Shown piece by piece: positions 10,361 to 20,607 of a DNA stretch of 64,000 nt. Under the pieces are notes generated by a model. That model was given only the letters and a program-made list of their open reading frames with translations, did not search any database and was not told the origin of the DNA. How positions within the stretch are numbered: position 1 is the stretch's first letter; the number at the start of each line of letters is the position of its first letter. The position numbers were made by a program, and so were the translations under genes. This DNA is from Nitrospirota bacterium (lineage in GTDB: Bacteria > Nitrospirota > Thermodesulfovibrionia > Thermodesulfovibrionales > UBA9159). The stretch lies in NCBI GenBank assembly GCA_963699545.1, contig CAVOUE010000004.1, positions 1-64,000 of the forward strand, in the 5' to 3' direction.

Positions 10361-11715
10361 AGCCGAAGATACTGGTAGTCGACGACGAGAAGGACATTTG
10401 CAGGGCCCTGGAGTTTTTCCTCAGGAATGCGGGGTACGCCGTCACCCTTGCACATAGCGGTGAAGAGGCGGTGGAAAAGTTCACAAAGGAGCGCTTCGAC
10501 CTCATCCTCACTGATCTCAAAATGGAAAAGATGGACGGGCTGACGGTGCTCGAGAAGGCCAGGGAGGTGAGTTCCAGTACCCCCGTCCTGATCATGACCG
10601 CGTACGGATCGATAGAATCCGCGATCGATGCCATGAAGAAGGGGGCTGCGGACTACATCCAGAAGCCTTTTCTGAATGAGGATATCAAGCTGAAGATCAG
10701 GAAGGTCCTGGAGCAGAAGCGGCTTGTTGAGGAGAATATTGCCCTGAGGCAGCAGTTGAGCCAGCGCATGGGATGCATGGATTTTGTGGCCAACTCCGAA
10801 GCGATGATCGATGTCATTGCCACGCTCGAAAAGGTCATCCCCACCAGGAGCAACATCCTCATCCTGGGAGAGAGCGGCACCGGGAAGGGTCTTATCGCCG
10901 AGATGGTCCACTGCAACAGCCCGAGGAGGGACAGACCCTTTATCTCCATTAACTGTTCAGCCATACCCGAGGGCCTTCTGGAATCAGAGCTCTTCGGCTA
11001 TAAGAAGGGGGCCTTCACGGGAGCGGTCTCCGACAAATCAGGCCTCATTACTATGGCCGACCAGGGCACACTCTTCCTCGATGAGATCGGAGATATGCCG
11101 TTGAACCTACAGTCAAAGCTTTTGAAGGTCCTCGAATCATCCGAGGTGACCCCCCTGGGAGATACACGGTCAAGGCTTGTGGATATAAGGCTTGTCACGG
11201 CCACGAACCAGGACCTGGAGCAGAGGATAAAAGAAAAGGCCTTCAGAGAAGACCTCTACTACAGGCTCAATGTCATAGAGATCCGGATCCCTCCGCTGCG
11301 GGAGAGGAAAGAGGATATCCTCATGCTCGTCAATCATTTCCTGAAACGGTATACGGAGGAGAATAAGAAGACGGTGAGGGGATGTGACAGCGATGCCCTG
11401 GGCCTCCTCATGAGATATGAATGGCCGGGGAATGTGAGAGAGCTGAGGAATGTCATCGAGAGGGCGGTGGTCCTCTGCCAGGGAGATGTGATCACTGCTG
11501 CCGAGCTTCCGGAAAAGTTGAAGAAGAACGGGAGCACGCCTCCGGGACAGCAGGAGACGTCCTCTCTTAAACTGACCCTTTCGGAATATGAAAAGACCCT
11601 GATACTGAATGTCTATCATGCACAGAGCAGGAACAAGGAAGGTACCGCCAGGTGTCTGGGCATTGACCTTGCCACCCTCTACCGGAAGCTGAAGAAGTAC
11701 GGAATAGAAGATTGA
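10357..11715 (+). CDS. Sigma-54-dependent response regulator (NtrC family)
   Basis: REC domain, GESGTGK, GAFTGA, WPGNVREL, Fis HTH. Confidence 0.95.
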   Translation: MKPKILVVDDEKDICRALEFFLRNAGYAVTLAHSGEEAVEKFTKERFDLILTDLKMEKMDGLTVLEKAREVSSSTPVLIMTAYGSIESAIDAMKKGAADYIQKPFLNEDIKLKIRKVLEQKRLVEENIALRQQLSQRMGCMDFVANSEAMIDVIATLEKVIPTRSNILILGESGTGKGLIAEMVHCNSPRRDRPFISINCSAIPEGLLESELFGYKKGAFTGAVSDKSGLITMADQGTLFLDEIGDMPLNLQSKLLKVLESSEVTPLGDTRSRLVDIRLVTATNQDLEQRIKEKAFREDLYYRLNVIEIRIPPLRERKEDILMLVNHFLKRYTEENKKTVRGCDSDALGLLMRYEWPGNVRELRNVIERAVVLCQGDVITAAELPEKLKKNGSTPPGQQETSSLKLTLSEYEKTLILNVYHAQSRNKEGTARCLGIDLATLYRKLKKYGIED

Positions 11716-12002
11716 AGAAGGGATTCTTCATCGGAGCCATATGCGGAGGTGTGCTGGGTATCATCATCTGCCTCAGCATGGACCTTGTCCTGGGAGGTGC
11801 GCTGGGGGGCGGGTGGAGGGAAGCGGTTGCCCATGATCTTGGAGCCGTCTTCGGCAGGAGGTTCGATAATAACTCTTTTGTTGTGCTCCTGGGAGTTGTC
11901 ATCGTCATCGGATTTGTGGCAGGCTTTGGCGCACTGGTAGGAGGGATGTTCGGCGTCATGGTCACGCGCCTTTTTTCTTTCCTTACAAAGGAAGAGCAGT
12001 GA
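11712..12002 (+). CDS. Small membrane protein
   Basis: Two Gly-rich hydrophobic helices; overlaps the upstream stop. Confidence 0.65.
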   Translation: MKKGFFIGAICGGVLGIIICLSMDLVLGGALGGGWREAVAHDLGAVFGRRFDNNSFVVLLGVVIVIGFVAGFGALVGGMFGVMVTRLFSFLTKEEQ

Positions 12003-12006
12003 CTCC

Positions 12007-13695
12007 ATGCCCAGACCGGACCTGATCCTTCTACATCCTCCCACGGTCTTCAGATTCCGGGAAAGGCCGGGCTTTTACGGTCCCATGAGCGATGTTATCC
12101 CGTCCTCTTCGATCTTTGAGATCTATCCGATCGGTTTTCTTACGATTTCCGAGTACCTTCACCGTCACGGAATAGCAGTGAGGATCATTAACCTCGCCAT
12201 GAAAATGCTCAGGGCCGAGTCTTTCAATCCTGAGAAATTCATAAAAAAGCTCGATACGCTGGCCTTTGGTATCGACCTCCACTGGCTCCCCCACGCTGAC
12301 GGAAGCCTGAGCCTTGCGGAGATGGTAAAGAAGCATCATCCCGGAAAGCCGGTCATCCTCGGGGGCCTGTCCGCCACCTATTATCACCGTGAGATCATGG
12401 CAGACTACCCCTTTATCGATTTCATTGTGCTGGGGGACTCTGCAGAAGAGCCTCTGCGGATGCTCATGGAGGCGATAAGATCCCGAACCGGCTTTGAGCG
12501 TGTTCCCAATCTTGTCTGGAGGAACGGAAATGGGAAGGTGATCGCCAATGAGCTTTCCCACAGGCCGGAAAACCTCGATGACATCAATTTCGATTATCTT
12601 CATCTTCTCAGGATGGCCATACGATACCGTGACCCGTCCGGGTATATCCCTTTCAAGTACTGGCTCAGCTATCCCGTTACCGCGGTGTTCCAGTGCAGGG
12701 GATGCGTCCATAACTGCGCCTCGTGCGCGGGGTCCCTCTCCTCCTTCAAAAGGCTCTGCATGAGGGAAAAACCGTGTTTCAGGTCTCCTGAACTTCTCGC
12801 AGAAGACATCAGAAAGATCTCGGAGTACACGGGTGCGCCGGTCATGGTGATAGGGGACCTGCTGCAGGCCGGGGAGGATTATGCCGGAAGATTTCTGGAT
12901 GCCGTCAAAAGGTACCGGATAAGGAACGAGTTGACAGTGGAGTTCTTTACCCCTCCCCCTGAAGGCTTTATAAAGAAGGTCGCTGACTGCATCGAAAACT
13001 TCAATGTCGAGGTGTCCCCCGAATCACACGATCCAAGGGTCAGAAAGGCCTTCGGGAAACACTATGAAAACAGAGAGTTGGAGCGGATGATGGCAACGCT
13101 CCTTGATGCAGGCTGCAGGAGGATAGACGTATTCTTCATGGTCGGCCTGCCTTACCAGGATTACGACTCGGTCATGGAGACTGTGGGATACTGCGAAGAA
13201 CTCTTGCAGAAATTCGGCAGCACCCGGCGGCTCCTTCCCATGATAGCGCCCCTTGCGCCCTTCATAGACCCCGGCAGCAGCATCTTTGAGGAGCCGGAGA
13301 GATTCGGGTACCGGCTTTTTTACAAGACACTGAAAGAGCACCGGCAGGCCATGCTCATGCCGAGCTGGAAATATACCCTCAATTACGAGACCGAATGGAT
13401 GAAAAGGGAAGATATAGTGAGGGCAACCTATGATGGGGCGCTCAGGCTCGTCGACATAAAAGAAAAATATCAGGTCATCGGGAAAAAGAATGCGGCGATG
13501 ATACGTGAACATATCGAAGAGGCCAAGGTCCTCATCGGGCGTATCGACAGTTCAGGGCTGATAGATGACGCAACAAAGGCAGAGATCGCTCACTTCAATA
13601 ATCTCGATTCCCTCTGCGATAAGCATGAGCTTGACTGGCCCATAAAAGGCTGGAGGCTCAATTTCTTGAACCTTCTCAGGTTGCTGCTAAAGTAA
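12007..13695 (+). CDS. B12-binding domain / radical SAM protein (TIGR04190-like)
   Basis: DLILLHPP, EIYPIGF, GIDLHWLPH, CRGCVHNCASC (CxxxCxxC). Confidence 0.85.
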   Translation: MPRPDLILLHPPTVFRFRERPGFYGPMSDVIPSSSIFEIYPIGFLTISEYLHRHGIAVRIINLAMKMLRAESFNPEKFIKKLDTLAFGIDLHWLPHADGSLSLAEMVKKHHPGKPVILGGLSATYYHREIMADYPFIDFIVLGDSAEEPLRMLMEAIRSRTGFERVPNLVWRNGNGKVIANELSHRPENLDDINFDYLHLLRMAIRYRDPSGYIPFKYWLSYPVTAVFQCRGCVHNCASCAGSLSSFKRLCMREKPCFRSPELLAEDIRKISEYTGAPVMVIGDLLQAGEDYAGRFLDAVKRYRIRNELTVEFFTPPPEGFIKKVADCIENFNVEVSPESHDPRVRKAFGKHYENRELERMMATLLDAGCRRIDVFFMVGLPYQDYDSVMETVGYCEELLQKFGSTRRLLPMIAPLAPFIDPGSSIFEEPERFGYRLFYKTLKEHRQAMLMPSWKYTLNYETEWMKREDIVRATYDGALRLVDIKEKYQVIGKKNAAMIREHIEEAKVLIGRIDSSGLIDDATKAEIAHFNNLDSLCDKHELDWPIKGWRLNFLNLLRLLLK

Positions 13696-13796
13696 CCGTT
13701 CCCTTTGCTCGATCTTAACCCGGGTCACAATGTCTACGGCCTCGTTCATCTCCCGTCGTTGATGAACCTCACAGCGGGCACAGCCGGCGGCGTCCC

Positions 13797-14228
13797 CTAT
13801 CCCCCTTTAACGTATTTCTCGAGCTCGTGGATGGTGAATTCCTGTTCCGAGATGATCCTCTTGACGACATCTCCGAGCGTTATAAGGCCCGTCAACCGGT
13901 CATGATCGAGGACCGGCAAGTGACGGATCTGCTTGGATGTCATCAGCGCCATGCATTCATCGAGGGTATTTTCCGGATTTACGTAAAAGACCGTCTGCGT
14001 CATAAGTTCGCTGACAGCGGTATCCTTGGAGGCCTTTCCCTTGAGGATCACCTTCCGCGCGTAATCACGCTCAGAGAAGATACCCACAAGCTTGCCGTTC
14101 TGGACGACCGGCAGGGCCCCCACATCCTTTTGAGCCATCAGCTCCAGAGCCTGGAATACGGTGGCCAGAGGCGAAATAGTCCAGATCTCGCGCCCCTTGT
14201 TTTTCAATACTTCATTGACCGTTTTCAT
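13797..14228 (-). CDS. CBS domain protein
   Basis: VGIFSERDYARK, IRHLPV, GDVVK. Confidence 0.92.
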   Translation of the reverse strand: MKTVNEVLKNKGREIWTISPLATVFQALELMAQKDVGALPVVQNGKLVGIFSERDYARKVILKGKASKDTAVSELMTQTVFYVNPENTLDECMALMTSKQIRHLPVLDHDRLTGLITLGDVVKRIISEQEFTIHELEKYVKGG

Positions 14229-14348
14229 GGAATTGTCCCTCCGTTCGTTTAACAGCCGCCTTTCCCCTTATTATACTTCTTTATGGCCGATCCGATAACC
14301 ACACAGAGCCCATACACTTCGGGCCGTGCCTGACGGCGGGCGCGACCC

Positions 14349-15005
14349 CTACTCTATCTTGATTATCCCTTTCTGAATGGCGAACTTGATCAGGGCGGCC
14401 CTGCTGCCGATTCCGAGCTTCTCACTGATGTTGGTCTGATGGGCGATGACGGTCTTGGTGCTGATGGTGAGCATGTCGCCTATCTCTTTGTGCGTGTACC
14501 CTTCGGCGACGAGCTTCAGCACCTGCTTCTCCCTGTCGGTGAGTTTCTCGTAGGGGTCTTCCACGGCGGATTCCCTGTCCTTCCCCAGGTACCCTGCCAC
14601 TACCTTTGAAGCGATGGAGGAAAAGAGGTAAAACTCGCCCCTGCTCACCGCCCGAATGGCTGAGACCAGTTCGCTGCCCACAGCCCGTTTCAGGAGGTAT
14701 CCCGAAACCCCGGCCTTGAGAAAACGCGATATGTATTCCTTGTCGTCATACTGGGTGAGGACGAGGATCTTTATGTCGGGCCTTGCATGTTTCAGTTCAA
14801 TGGTCGCCTCGAGGCCGCCCAGTTTCGGCATCGCGATGTCCATCAGGACAACGTCGGGGTTGAACTTCTTCGCCTTTTCGATGGCCTCAAGCCCGTCTGA
14901 GGCCTCGGCCACCACCTCGATGTCATCACAGAGTTTGAGGAAAGCGATGATCCCCTCCCTCACGAGGGCATGGTCATCGGCAATGAGTACCGTTGTCTTA
15001 GACAT
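14349..15005 (-). CDS. NarL/LuxR family response regulator
   Basis: ADDH, DVVLMDIAMP, LTDREKQVLKLVAEG HTH. Confidence 0.95.
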   Translation of the reverse strand: MSKTTVLIADDHALVREGIIAFLKLCDDIEVVAEASDGLEAIEKAKKFNPDVVLMDIAMPKLGGLEATIELKHARPDIKILVLTQYDDKEYISRFLKAGVSGYLLKRAVGSELVSAIRAVSRGEFYLFSSIASKVVAGYLGKDRESAVEDPYEKLTDREKQVLKLVAEGYTHKEIGDMLTISTKTVIAHQTNISEKLGIGSRAALIKFAIQKGIIKIE

Positions 15006-16821
15006 TTGTTTCCTCCAGGGGATTTAATGGAATTCTTAAACTCACCTTGGTGCCGCAGCCGGGTGAGGAACAAACCTGTAATTTTCCGCTGAGAAGGGAA
15101 GCCCTCTCCTTCATTCCGAGAATCCCCAGGCCCCTGCCGCCGTCGGACGTATGGCGCAATACCGAATGGGCATCAAATCCCTCCCCGTCATCCTCTATGT
15201 CAACGACGACCGAATCCCTTTCCGTCTTCAGTATAACAAAAACATTCCCGGCTTCGGAGTGCCGCGCGATGTTGACGATGGACTCCTGCAGTATTCTGAA
15301 CAGCGCGATCTCCACACGGGGGTCGAACCGCTTATTCGGTTCCGCCTTAATGGTCAGGTAATACCGTATCCCCCTTTCCCCCAGATGCTTGTCCAGGAGC
15401 CACTTGATCCCCGCCTCAAGGCCCAGGTCGTCAAGAATGGTCGGCCGCAGGTTCTGGATGACATTGTGTATTCCGTCGATGGTCTTCAGCGCGATCATCC
15501 TCATCTCTTCAATCTTCTCAGTCGTGATCTTCTCGGGGTACATTTTGCATATGTCGAGCTTTATGAGAAAGGCTGAAATATCCTGCAGGATGTCATCGTG
15601 GAGCTCACGGGCGATCCTTTTTCTCTCGTCTTCCTGGGAAGAAAGGAGTTTTTTCAGAAGGCTTTCCACCTTTTGGCGGCTCTGCCGTATCTGCTGGGTC
15701 CTCTCCAGCACACGGTTCTCCAGCTCGATATTGTGCCGGTGAATGCTCTCGAGGGATTCATAGAGCTTTATCCTCATATTATCGAAACTCCTTGCAAGGG
15801 TCCCGATCTCGTCCCTGCTGGACACCCTGACCGGCTCAGAGAGGTTGCCCTTTCCGATTTTCTCGGTCGCATTGATGAGGGATTGCACGGGCCGCACGAT
15901 CCCCCTGCTCAATCCGATCCCCAGGAGCAGTGCGGTCACCACAGAGAGCGCACTGAGAACAAAAAACCCCTTCTTCAGTTTTGTCGAAGGAGCGAAGACG
16001 ATCTCCTGGGGTTCCCTCACTGATATCCCCCAGGGAGCCACGGACAGGGGGACAAATGCGAGCATGTCTTTTGTCCTTACTTTGTCTGAGGTTTCTTCCG
16101 AATGACACCTGTGGCACGTTCCCACCGTGCTCTTCCTAGCTGCAATGAGGTTGCCGAGGAACTTGTCATGATCGCTGGAGGTAAGAATGCGCTTCGGGTC
16201 AGTGGATGCAATGATGGTGCCGTGACTGTCCACCAGTTCTATAGTGGTGCTTGTACCGGAGGGAAAGGACTTGATGATCTGGGTGAACGTATAGTTCGTC
16301 GGATTGATTTCCCCTCCCGCGACACCGATGAGTTTTCCCTCCTTGTTCTTCAGGGGGACTAAGGCGAAAATGACCTTTCTCCCGGTGGAATCGATGGTAT
16401 ACACGTCGGATATTACCGGTTTCCCCTCGGCGATGGTCTTGCTCACATAGGGGATGCTCAGCAGGTTCACCTTCCCCTCCTCCTGATGGGGATACGTCAG
16501 GACCACATTGCCGTACGTGTCCATGAGGAAGATCCTGTCCGTGAAGATCGAGTATTCATAGGCGGCCTTCAGGGCTTTTTTCTCCGGTTCCCAGTCGTTG
16601 TCTTCAAAATCGATCCTTCCCGAAATCGAGATGTCGTAGAGGCGGGTGAGATTGGTCTCCAGGATGTAGTCAAAATATTTGCCGACAATGTTGGCCAGTG
16701 TGAGACGGTTCGCAAGAGAACGCCGAATACTGTCATTAACGCTCAGGTAGCTGACTACGCCGAGACCGATGAGGATGGTGAATATGCCGAGGATAACCGA
16801 GAATGTTATTCTTCTTCGCAT
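14998..16821 (-). CDS. Sensor histidine kinase (Cache with c-type heme motif, HAMP, HisKA_3)
   Basis: CHRCH in periplasmic region; DEIGTLA HAMP; ERKRIARELHDD; DDGEGF. Confidence 0.92.
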   Translation of the reverse strand: MRRRITFSVILGIFTILIGLGVVSYLSVNDSIRRSLANRLTLANIVGKYFDYILETNLTRLYDISISGRIDFEDNDWEPEKKALKAAYEYSIFTDRIFLMDTYGNVVLTYPHQEEGKVNLLSIPYVSKTIAEGKPVISDVYTIDSTGRKVIFALVPLKNKEGKLIGVAGGEINPTNYTFTQIIKSFPSGTSTTIELVDSHGTIIASTDPKRILTSSDHDKFLGNLIAARKSTVGTCHRCHSEETSDKVRTKDMLAFVPLSVAPWGISVREPQEIVFAPSTKLKKGFFVLSALSVVTALLLGIGLSRGIVRPVQSLINATEKIGKGNLSEPVRVSSRDEIGTLARSFDNMRIKLYESLESIHRHNIELENRVLERTQQIRQSRQKVESLLKKLLSSQEDERKRIARELHDDILQDISAFLIKLDICKMYPEKITTEKIEEMRMIALKTIDGIHNVIQNLRPTILDDLGLEAGIKWLLDKHLGERGIRYYLTIKAEPNKRFDPRVEIALFRILQESIVNIARHSEAGNVFVILKTERDSVVVDIEDDGEGFDAHSVLRHTSDGGRGLGILGMKERASLLSGKLQVCSSPGCGTKVSLRIPLNPLEETNV

Positions 16822-16960
16822 GCCTATAACTTACGTTATACCTGTCACCGCTTTCTGTCAAGAGAGGGGCGGGTGAGAATGCCCCCGGGACTATCATCCC
16901 CTGTCGTCTGCAGCGCTCTGAGGGATCTTCGTCTCAAAAGGGAGGTGGAGGGAATACGAA

Positions 16961-17737
16961 TTACCGGGAAGAGACCTGACGCGTTTCCGGTTCGTCGACT
17001 CCTCCCTGCAGATTCATGTCCAGTTCTTCTGCCTCTGAACCTTCCTCGCGCATAAGTTCGAGCGGGTGTTCACGCTTCATCCTCTCTCTCGAAATATACC
17101 CGCTCAGTATGCTTGTATCAAGGGGGAAGACCTCGGGGCTGAATATGGCGTTGTAGATGTGCCAGACGGCGATAAGCAGGACGATCACCAGCGCCTCGTT
17201 GGAATGCAATGCCTTTGCCATGGGGATGAGCTCTCCCGGCAAGACCCTTACAACAAAGGTCGGGAACCAGAGGATAAGGCCCGTCCCGATCATGAGGAGC
17301 CCGCCGGTAAGGATCCCCCAGTACTCAAACTTCTGCTTGTAGCTGTAACGGTCACACCGTGCAGGGGAATTCTCCATGCCGATATAGTACCTGATATCGT
17401 GGACGGCATCAGTGAAATCATTCTTGTTAATGACCATTGAGGGCTGCCATTTTTTCAGAATGACCCCCAGTGCGGCGATGATGATGTGGGACGCCGCCGT
17501 GATCACGAAGACTACCCCTGCATAGCGATGGATGAGCCGTACACTGTCGATCCCCCCCAGCTTCATGATGCACCACCGGGAGATATCGAGGTAAAAGAAC
17601 CTCTGGGAAATGCCGGTGATCAAGAGGGTCAGGAAGGTGACTACGGTAAGCCAGTGCTCAACAATGCGGCCCCGGCCGAACCTTCTTATTCTTTCTTCCG
17701 CGTCGATCTTCATTATGCTCATGGTATCCCTCCTCAT
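16961..17737 (-). CDS. Di-heme cytochrome b (FdnI/CbcL b-domain-like)
   Basis: EHW, LIHR, QKFEYW, LHSNEA, VWHIY. Confidence 0.88.
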   Translation of the reverse strand: MRRDTMSIMKIDAEERIRRFGRGRIVEHWLTVVTFLTLLITGISQRFFYLDISRWCIMKLGGIDSVRLIHRYAGVVFVITAASHIIIAALGVILKKWQPSMVINKNDFTDAVHDIRYYIGMENSPARCDRYSYKQKFEYWGILTGGLLMIGTGLILWFPTFVVRVLPGELIPMAKALHSNEALVIVLLIAVWHIYNAIFSPEVFPLDTSILSGYISRERMKREHPLELMREEGSEAEELDMNLQGGVDEPETRQVSSR

Positions 17738-19185
17738 TATCTGTCCACTGCATAGCGCCATATGTGCAGGAGAATCTGCAGAAAGAGTCCTGTGATCAGA
17801 ATGGGTATAAAGATCTTATATATCAAGTTCACCGCAAAGACCAGCGGCGCACTGGCCAGGGTGGGTTCGTAGTGAGAGAGCCAGGTATCCGGGAAGTTCT
17901 TCGGTGCATCTTTGTGGCACTGCTGGCATCTCTTCACGAGGTTGGCTTTCAGTGTGGCCGCGTCCGTGCCTCTCGTGCTGCTTATTGAGTGGGTGCCGTG
18001 ACAATCGGTGCAGACGGCGATGGGCCGCGCAGGTTTGTACTCGGCTTCCCGCTGCTTTTTGTAGAACCCCAGGGTGACGCCATGAAAATCAGACAGGTAG
18101 GTCTTCACCACGTCTGTGGAAAGACCGTATTTCCCCATGAGGGCTTTGTTGGCGTGACAGGTGCTGCACGTAGCCGGTATCCTCTCCCGATAATCCAGGG
18201 AATGTGCCTGAATGATGTCGTGAGCCCTGTGGCAGTCGATGCAGACCGGCACGTCCTGATTGTGCTCATCGAAGAGGGCCTTTCCGTGGACGCTTTTTGC
18301 ATAGACCTCATATGTCGCCGAATGGCACCCCTGGCATCTCTTGGTCGTCAGGGACCTTTCCCTGCCCCCGCGGGCGATGGAGTGTGACCCGTGGCAGTCC
18401 GTGCATACCGGGGCTTTCAGGTTCCCCTGGCTGAGCATTGCATAATGGATGCTTTCCAGGGTTTTGGAATACTTGTCAAAGTGGCAGCGCCTGCAGCTCT
18501 CGGAAGAAGCGATGGAAAATTCCCTCCTGCTCTTGAACGTCCTGCGGGTGTGCTCCTCGGAGGAGAAGCCGTAGTGGCAGTCCGAACAACTGAGCTTGTC
18601 ATGAACCGAGCCTGCGAGGTGCGATCTGTCCACGGTGAGATCGATGGTTTCACCGTTCCTGAAGGTCGTGGCAAGTTTATACCCGTGACACCTCATGCAG
18701 TATTGCCCTTCAGTGCTGAAGATTTTTCCGCCCCTCACCGGCTTGACCGAATGCGCACTGTGACAGTCCGTGCAGACCGCCGCTGTCCCTCCGCTGTCAC
18801 CCGTAAGCAGTCCGACATGGATCGGGCTCCCTTTTATTTGTTCATCGGTGTGGCAATGCCTGCATTCGCGGGAAGCCTTTATCTGATACTGTTTTTTTGA
18901 CCGGAACCTCCTGTCCGGATGGCTGTCGGCTGAAAAATCACTGTGACAGTTGGAGCACGTCAGGAAACTGTGTACGGAGTTTCTGAATTTTTCTGCGTCC
19001 ACATAGGCGGTCACCGATTCTCCGTTCTGAAACTGCTTTGTGATGCCCTGTTTCCCGTGGCACCCCAGGCATGCTCTGGCTTCGTCAGAGAGGACAATAT
19101 CTTTGGCGCCGACGAGGTCAAGAAATGGCGGGCATGCACATAAAAGCAGAACGGTCAGACAGAAAAAAAGCTTTCTCCCTTTCAT
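17737..19185 (-). CDS. Membrane-anchored multiheme cytochrome c (13 CxxCH)
   Basis: Signal peptide, 13 CxxCH motifs counted, C-terminal TM helix. Confidence 0.92.
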   Translation of the reverse strand: MKGRKLFFCLTVLLLCACPPFLDLVGAKDIVLSDEARACLGCHGKQGITKQFQNGESVTAYVDAEKFRNSVHSFLTCSNCHSDFSADSHPDRRFRSKKQYQIKASRECRHCHTDEQIKGSPIHVGLLTGDSGGTAAVCTDCHSAHSVKPVRGGKIFSTEGQYCMRCHGYKLATTFRNGETIDLTVDRSHLAGSVHDKLSCSDCHYGFSSEEHTRRTFKSRREFSIASSESCRRCHFDKYSKTLESIHYAMLSQGNLKAPVCTDCHGSHSIARGGRERSLTTKRCQGCHSATYEVYAKSVHGKALFDEHNQDVPVCIDCHRAHDIIQAHSLDYRERIPATCSTCHANKALMGKYGLSTDVVKTYLSDFHGVTLGFYKKQREAEYKPARPIAVCTDCHGTHSISSTRGTDAATLKANLVKRCQQCHKDAPKNFPDTWLSHYEPTLASAPLVFAVNLIYKIFIPILITGLFLQILLHIWRYAVDR

Positions 19186-19368
19186 AAACACCCCCCTGGA
19201 AACCGGCAAAGTGTACCCAAAGAGAAGCCTGAAAACATCTGAACAGGTGACCTCCCGCCCACGGCAGCTACCGTTGCGGGGAACCGGGTCCGTGATGATG
19301 AAGGCAGGCGGGTATTCCCCGACGGACGGTGAATACCCGCTTCTGCCGCATTCCGGAAGGCGTTCATG

Positions 19369-20607
19369 TCAATGAGATTCCTCATAGTCCGGTTCTTCTC
19401 TGAGAACGGGCATCCTGTTCAGTATCCAGCGGAATATCAGTATGTGAAGGGTTGCGATCGCCATCACAACGGCCACTTCCTTCCACGGTGGAATGATGTG
19501 GTGGAAATGGTGCGGCAGGTTCCAGTTGAACGTGATGATAGCGATGTTCAGCCTGTTCATGACAATCCCGAACACCGCCAGGAACGCCGCGAGCCGTACC
19601 GTGCCGACACTCCCCTTCTTGACCCCGAGGCTGTATATGACGGCAGGAGCGAGTACCAGCAGGAAGATCTCGACGAGGTACCAGTATCCGTACCCTGTGT
19701 TCAGAAGATGCCAGTTGCTGTCATGGGCCAGCGCGATGACCTTTATCGCAAAATAGACGTATATGGCGATGGCCGCACCCTTTCCGAGTCCCAGCGTCAG
19801 CCTGGGCAGGCTATCGAGAAACTTCTTCCCGCACTTGTCCTTGAGGAAACGGGAAGCGAGTGTGCTTACCACGATCACCATAGAGAGGGCGGCGCATACA
19901 CTTGAACTCAGGAAGAGGACCGGTATGTAGGAAGAATACCAGAGGGGATGGACCTTCCCCGGCGCAAGGAGGAACATCGCGCCAAGTGCGGACTGATGCA
20001 GTGTCGACAGGATGATACCGGCGATCGTCATTCCGATGGTGATCCTGACCGCCCATTTGCGGATCCTCCGAGACTTCAGCCATTCCAGGATGGCAGGGCT
20101 GAATTCAACGAGTTGGACTGTGAGATAGGTGGCCACATGCCACGCGACGAGAAACAGCACAGATGCGGTGCCGAAGGCGACCCCCATGGGATAATAGATG
20201 CGCCAGGGCCTGCCAAGGTCGGTGAGAAGATAGACGACGGCGAAGAAGTAGCCCAGAAGCCCTGTGAGCACGGCAAGCCTCACGATAGGATGGTATTTCT
20301 TGAAGCCGAAAATGTAATAGGCGGTAGCAATCACAAATCCGGTAGCTGAAAGGGGAACGCCGCCGAAGAGTCCCCAACCGAGGAACAGTCCCCAAGGATA
20401 TTCGTTGGAACTATGCGTAACAAGGGATAGGCCGATGTAGAACCTGAGGGCCATAATGGGCAGTCCAACACTGAGGATGATCGCCGCAATGACGTTGAAG
20501 GGGGTAATGAGGGTCTTCATGTATTCAGGCCAGGTCATCCCCATCAGGAGCTTGTCCATGAACCAGGCTCGAAAGTTGTCTGTTTTTACTGCGTATCCGT
20601 TGCCCAT
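19369..20607 (-). CDS. NrfD/HybB/HmcC-type quinone-interacting membrane subunit
   Basis: YPWGL, DLGRPWR, LSTLHQSALG, HPLWYS, NRLN. Confidence 0.9.
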   Translation of the reverse strand: MGNGYAVKTDNFRAWFMDKLLMGMTWPEYMKTLITPFNVIAAIILSVGLPIMALRFYIGLSLVTHSSNEYPWGLFLGWGLFGGVPLSATGFVIATAYYIFGFKKYHPIVRLAVLTGLLGYFFAVVYLLTDLGRPWRIYYPMGVAFGTASVLFLVAWHVATYLTVQLVEFSPAILEWLKSRRIRKWAVRITIGMTIAGIILSTLHQSALGAMFLLAPGKVHPLWYSSYIPVLFLSSSVCAALSMVIVVSTLASRFLKDKCGKKFLDSLPRLTLGLGKGAAIAIYVYFAIKVIALAHDSNWHLLNTGYGYWYLVEIFLLVLAPAVIYSLGVKKGSVGTVRLAAFLAVFGIVMNRLNIAIITFNWNLPHHFHHIIPPWKEVAVVMAIATLHILIFRWILNRMPVLREEPDYEESH

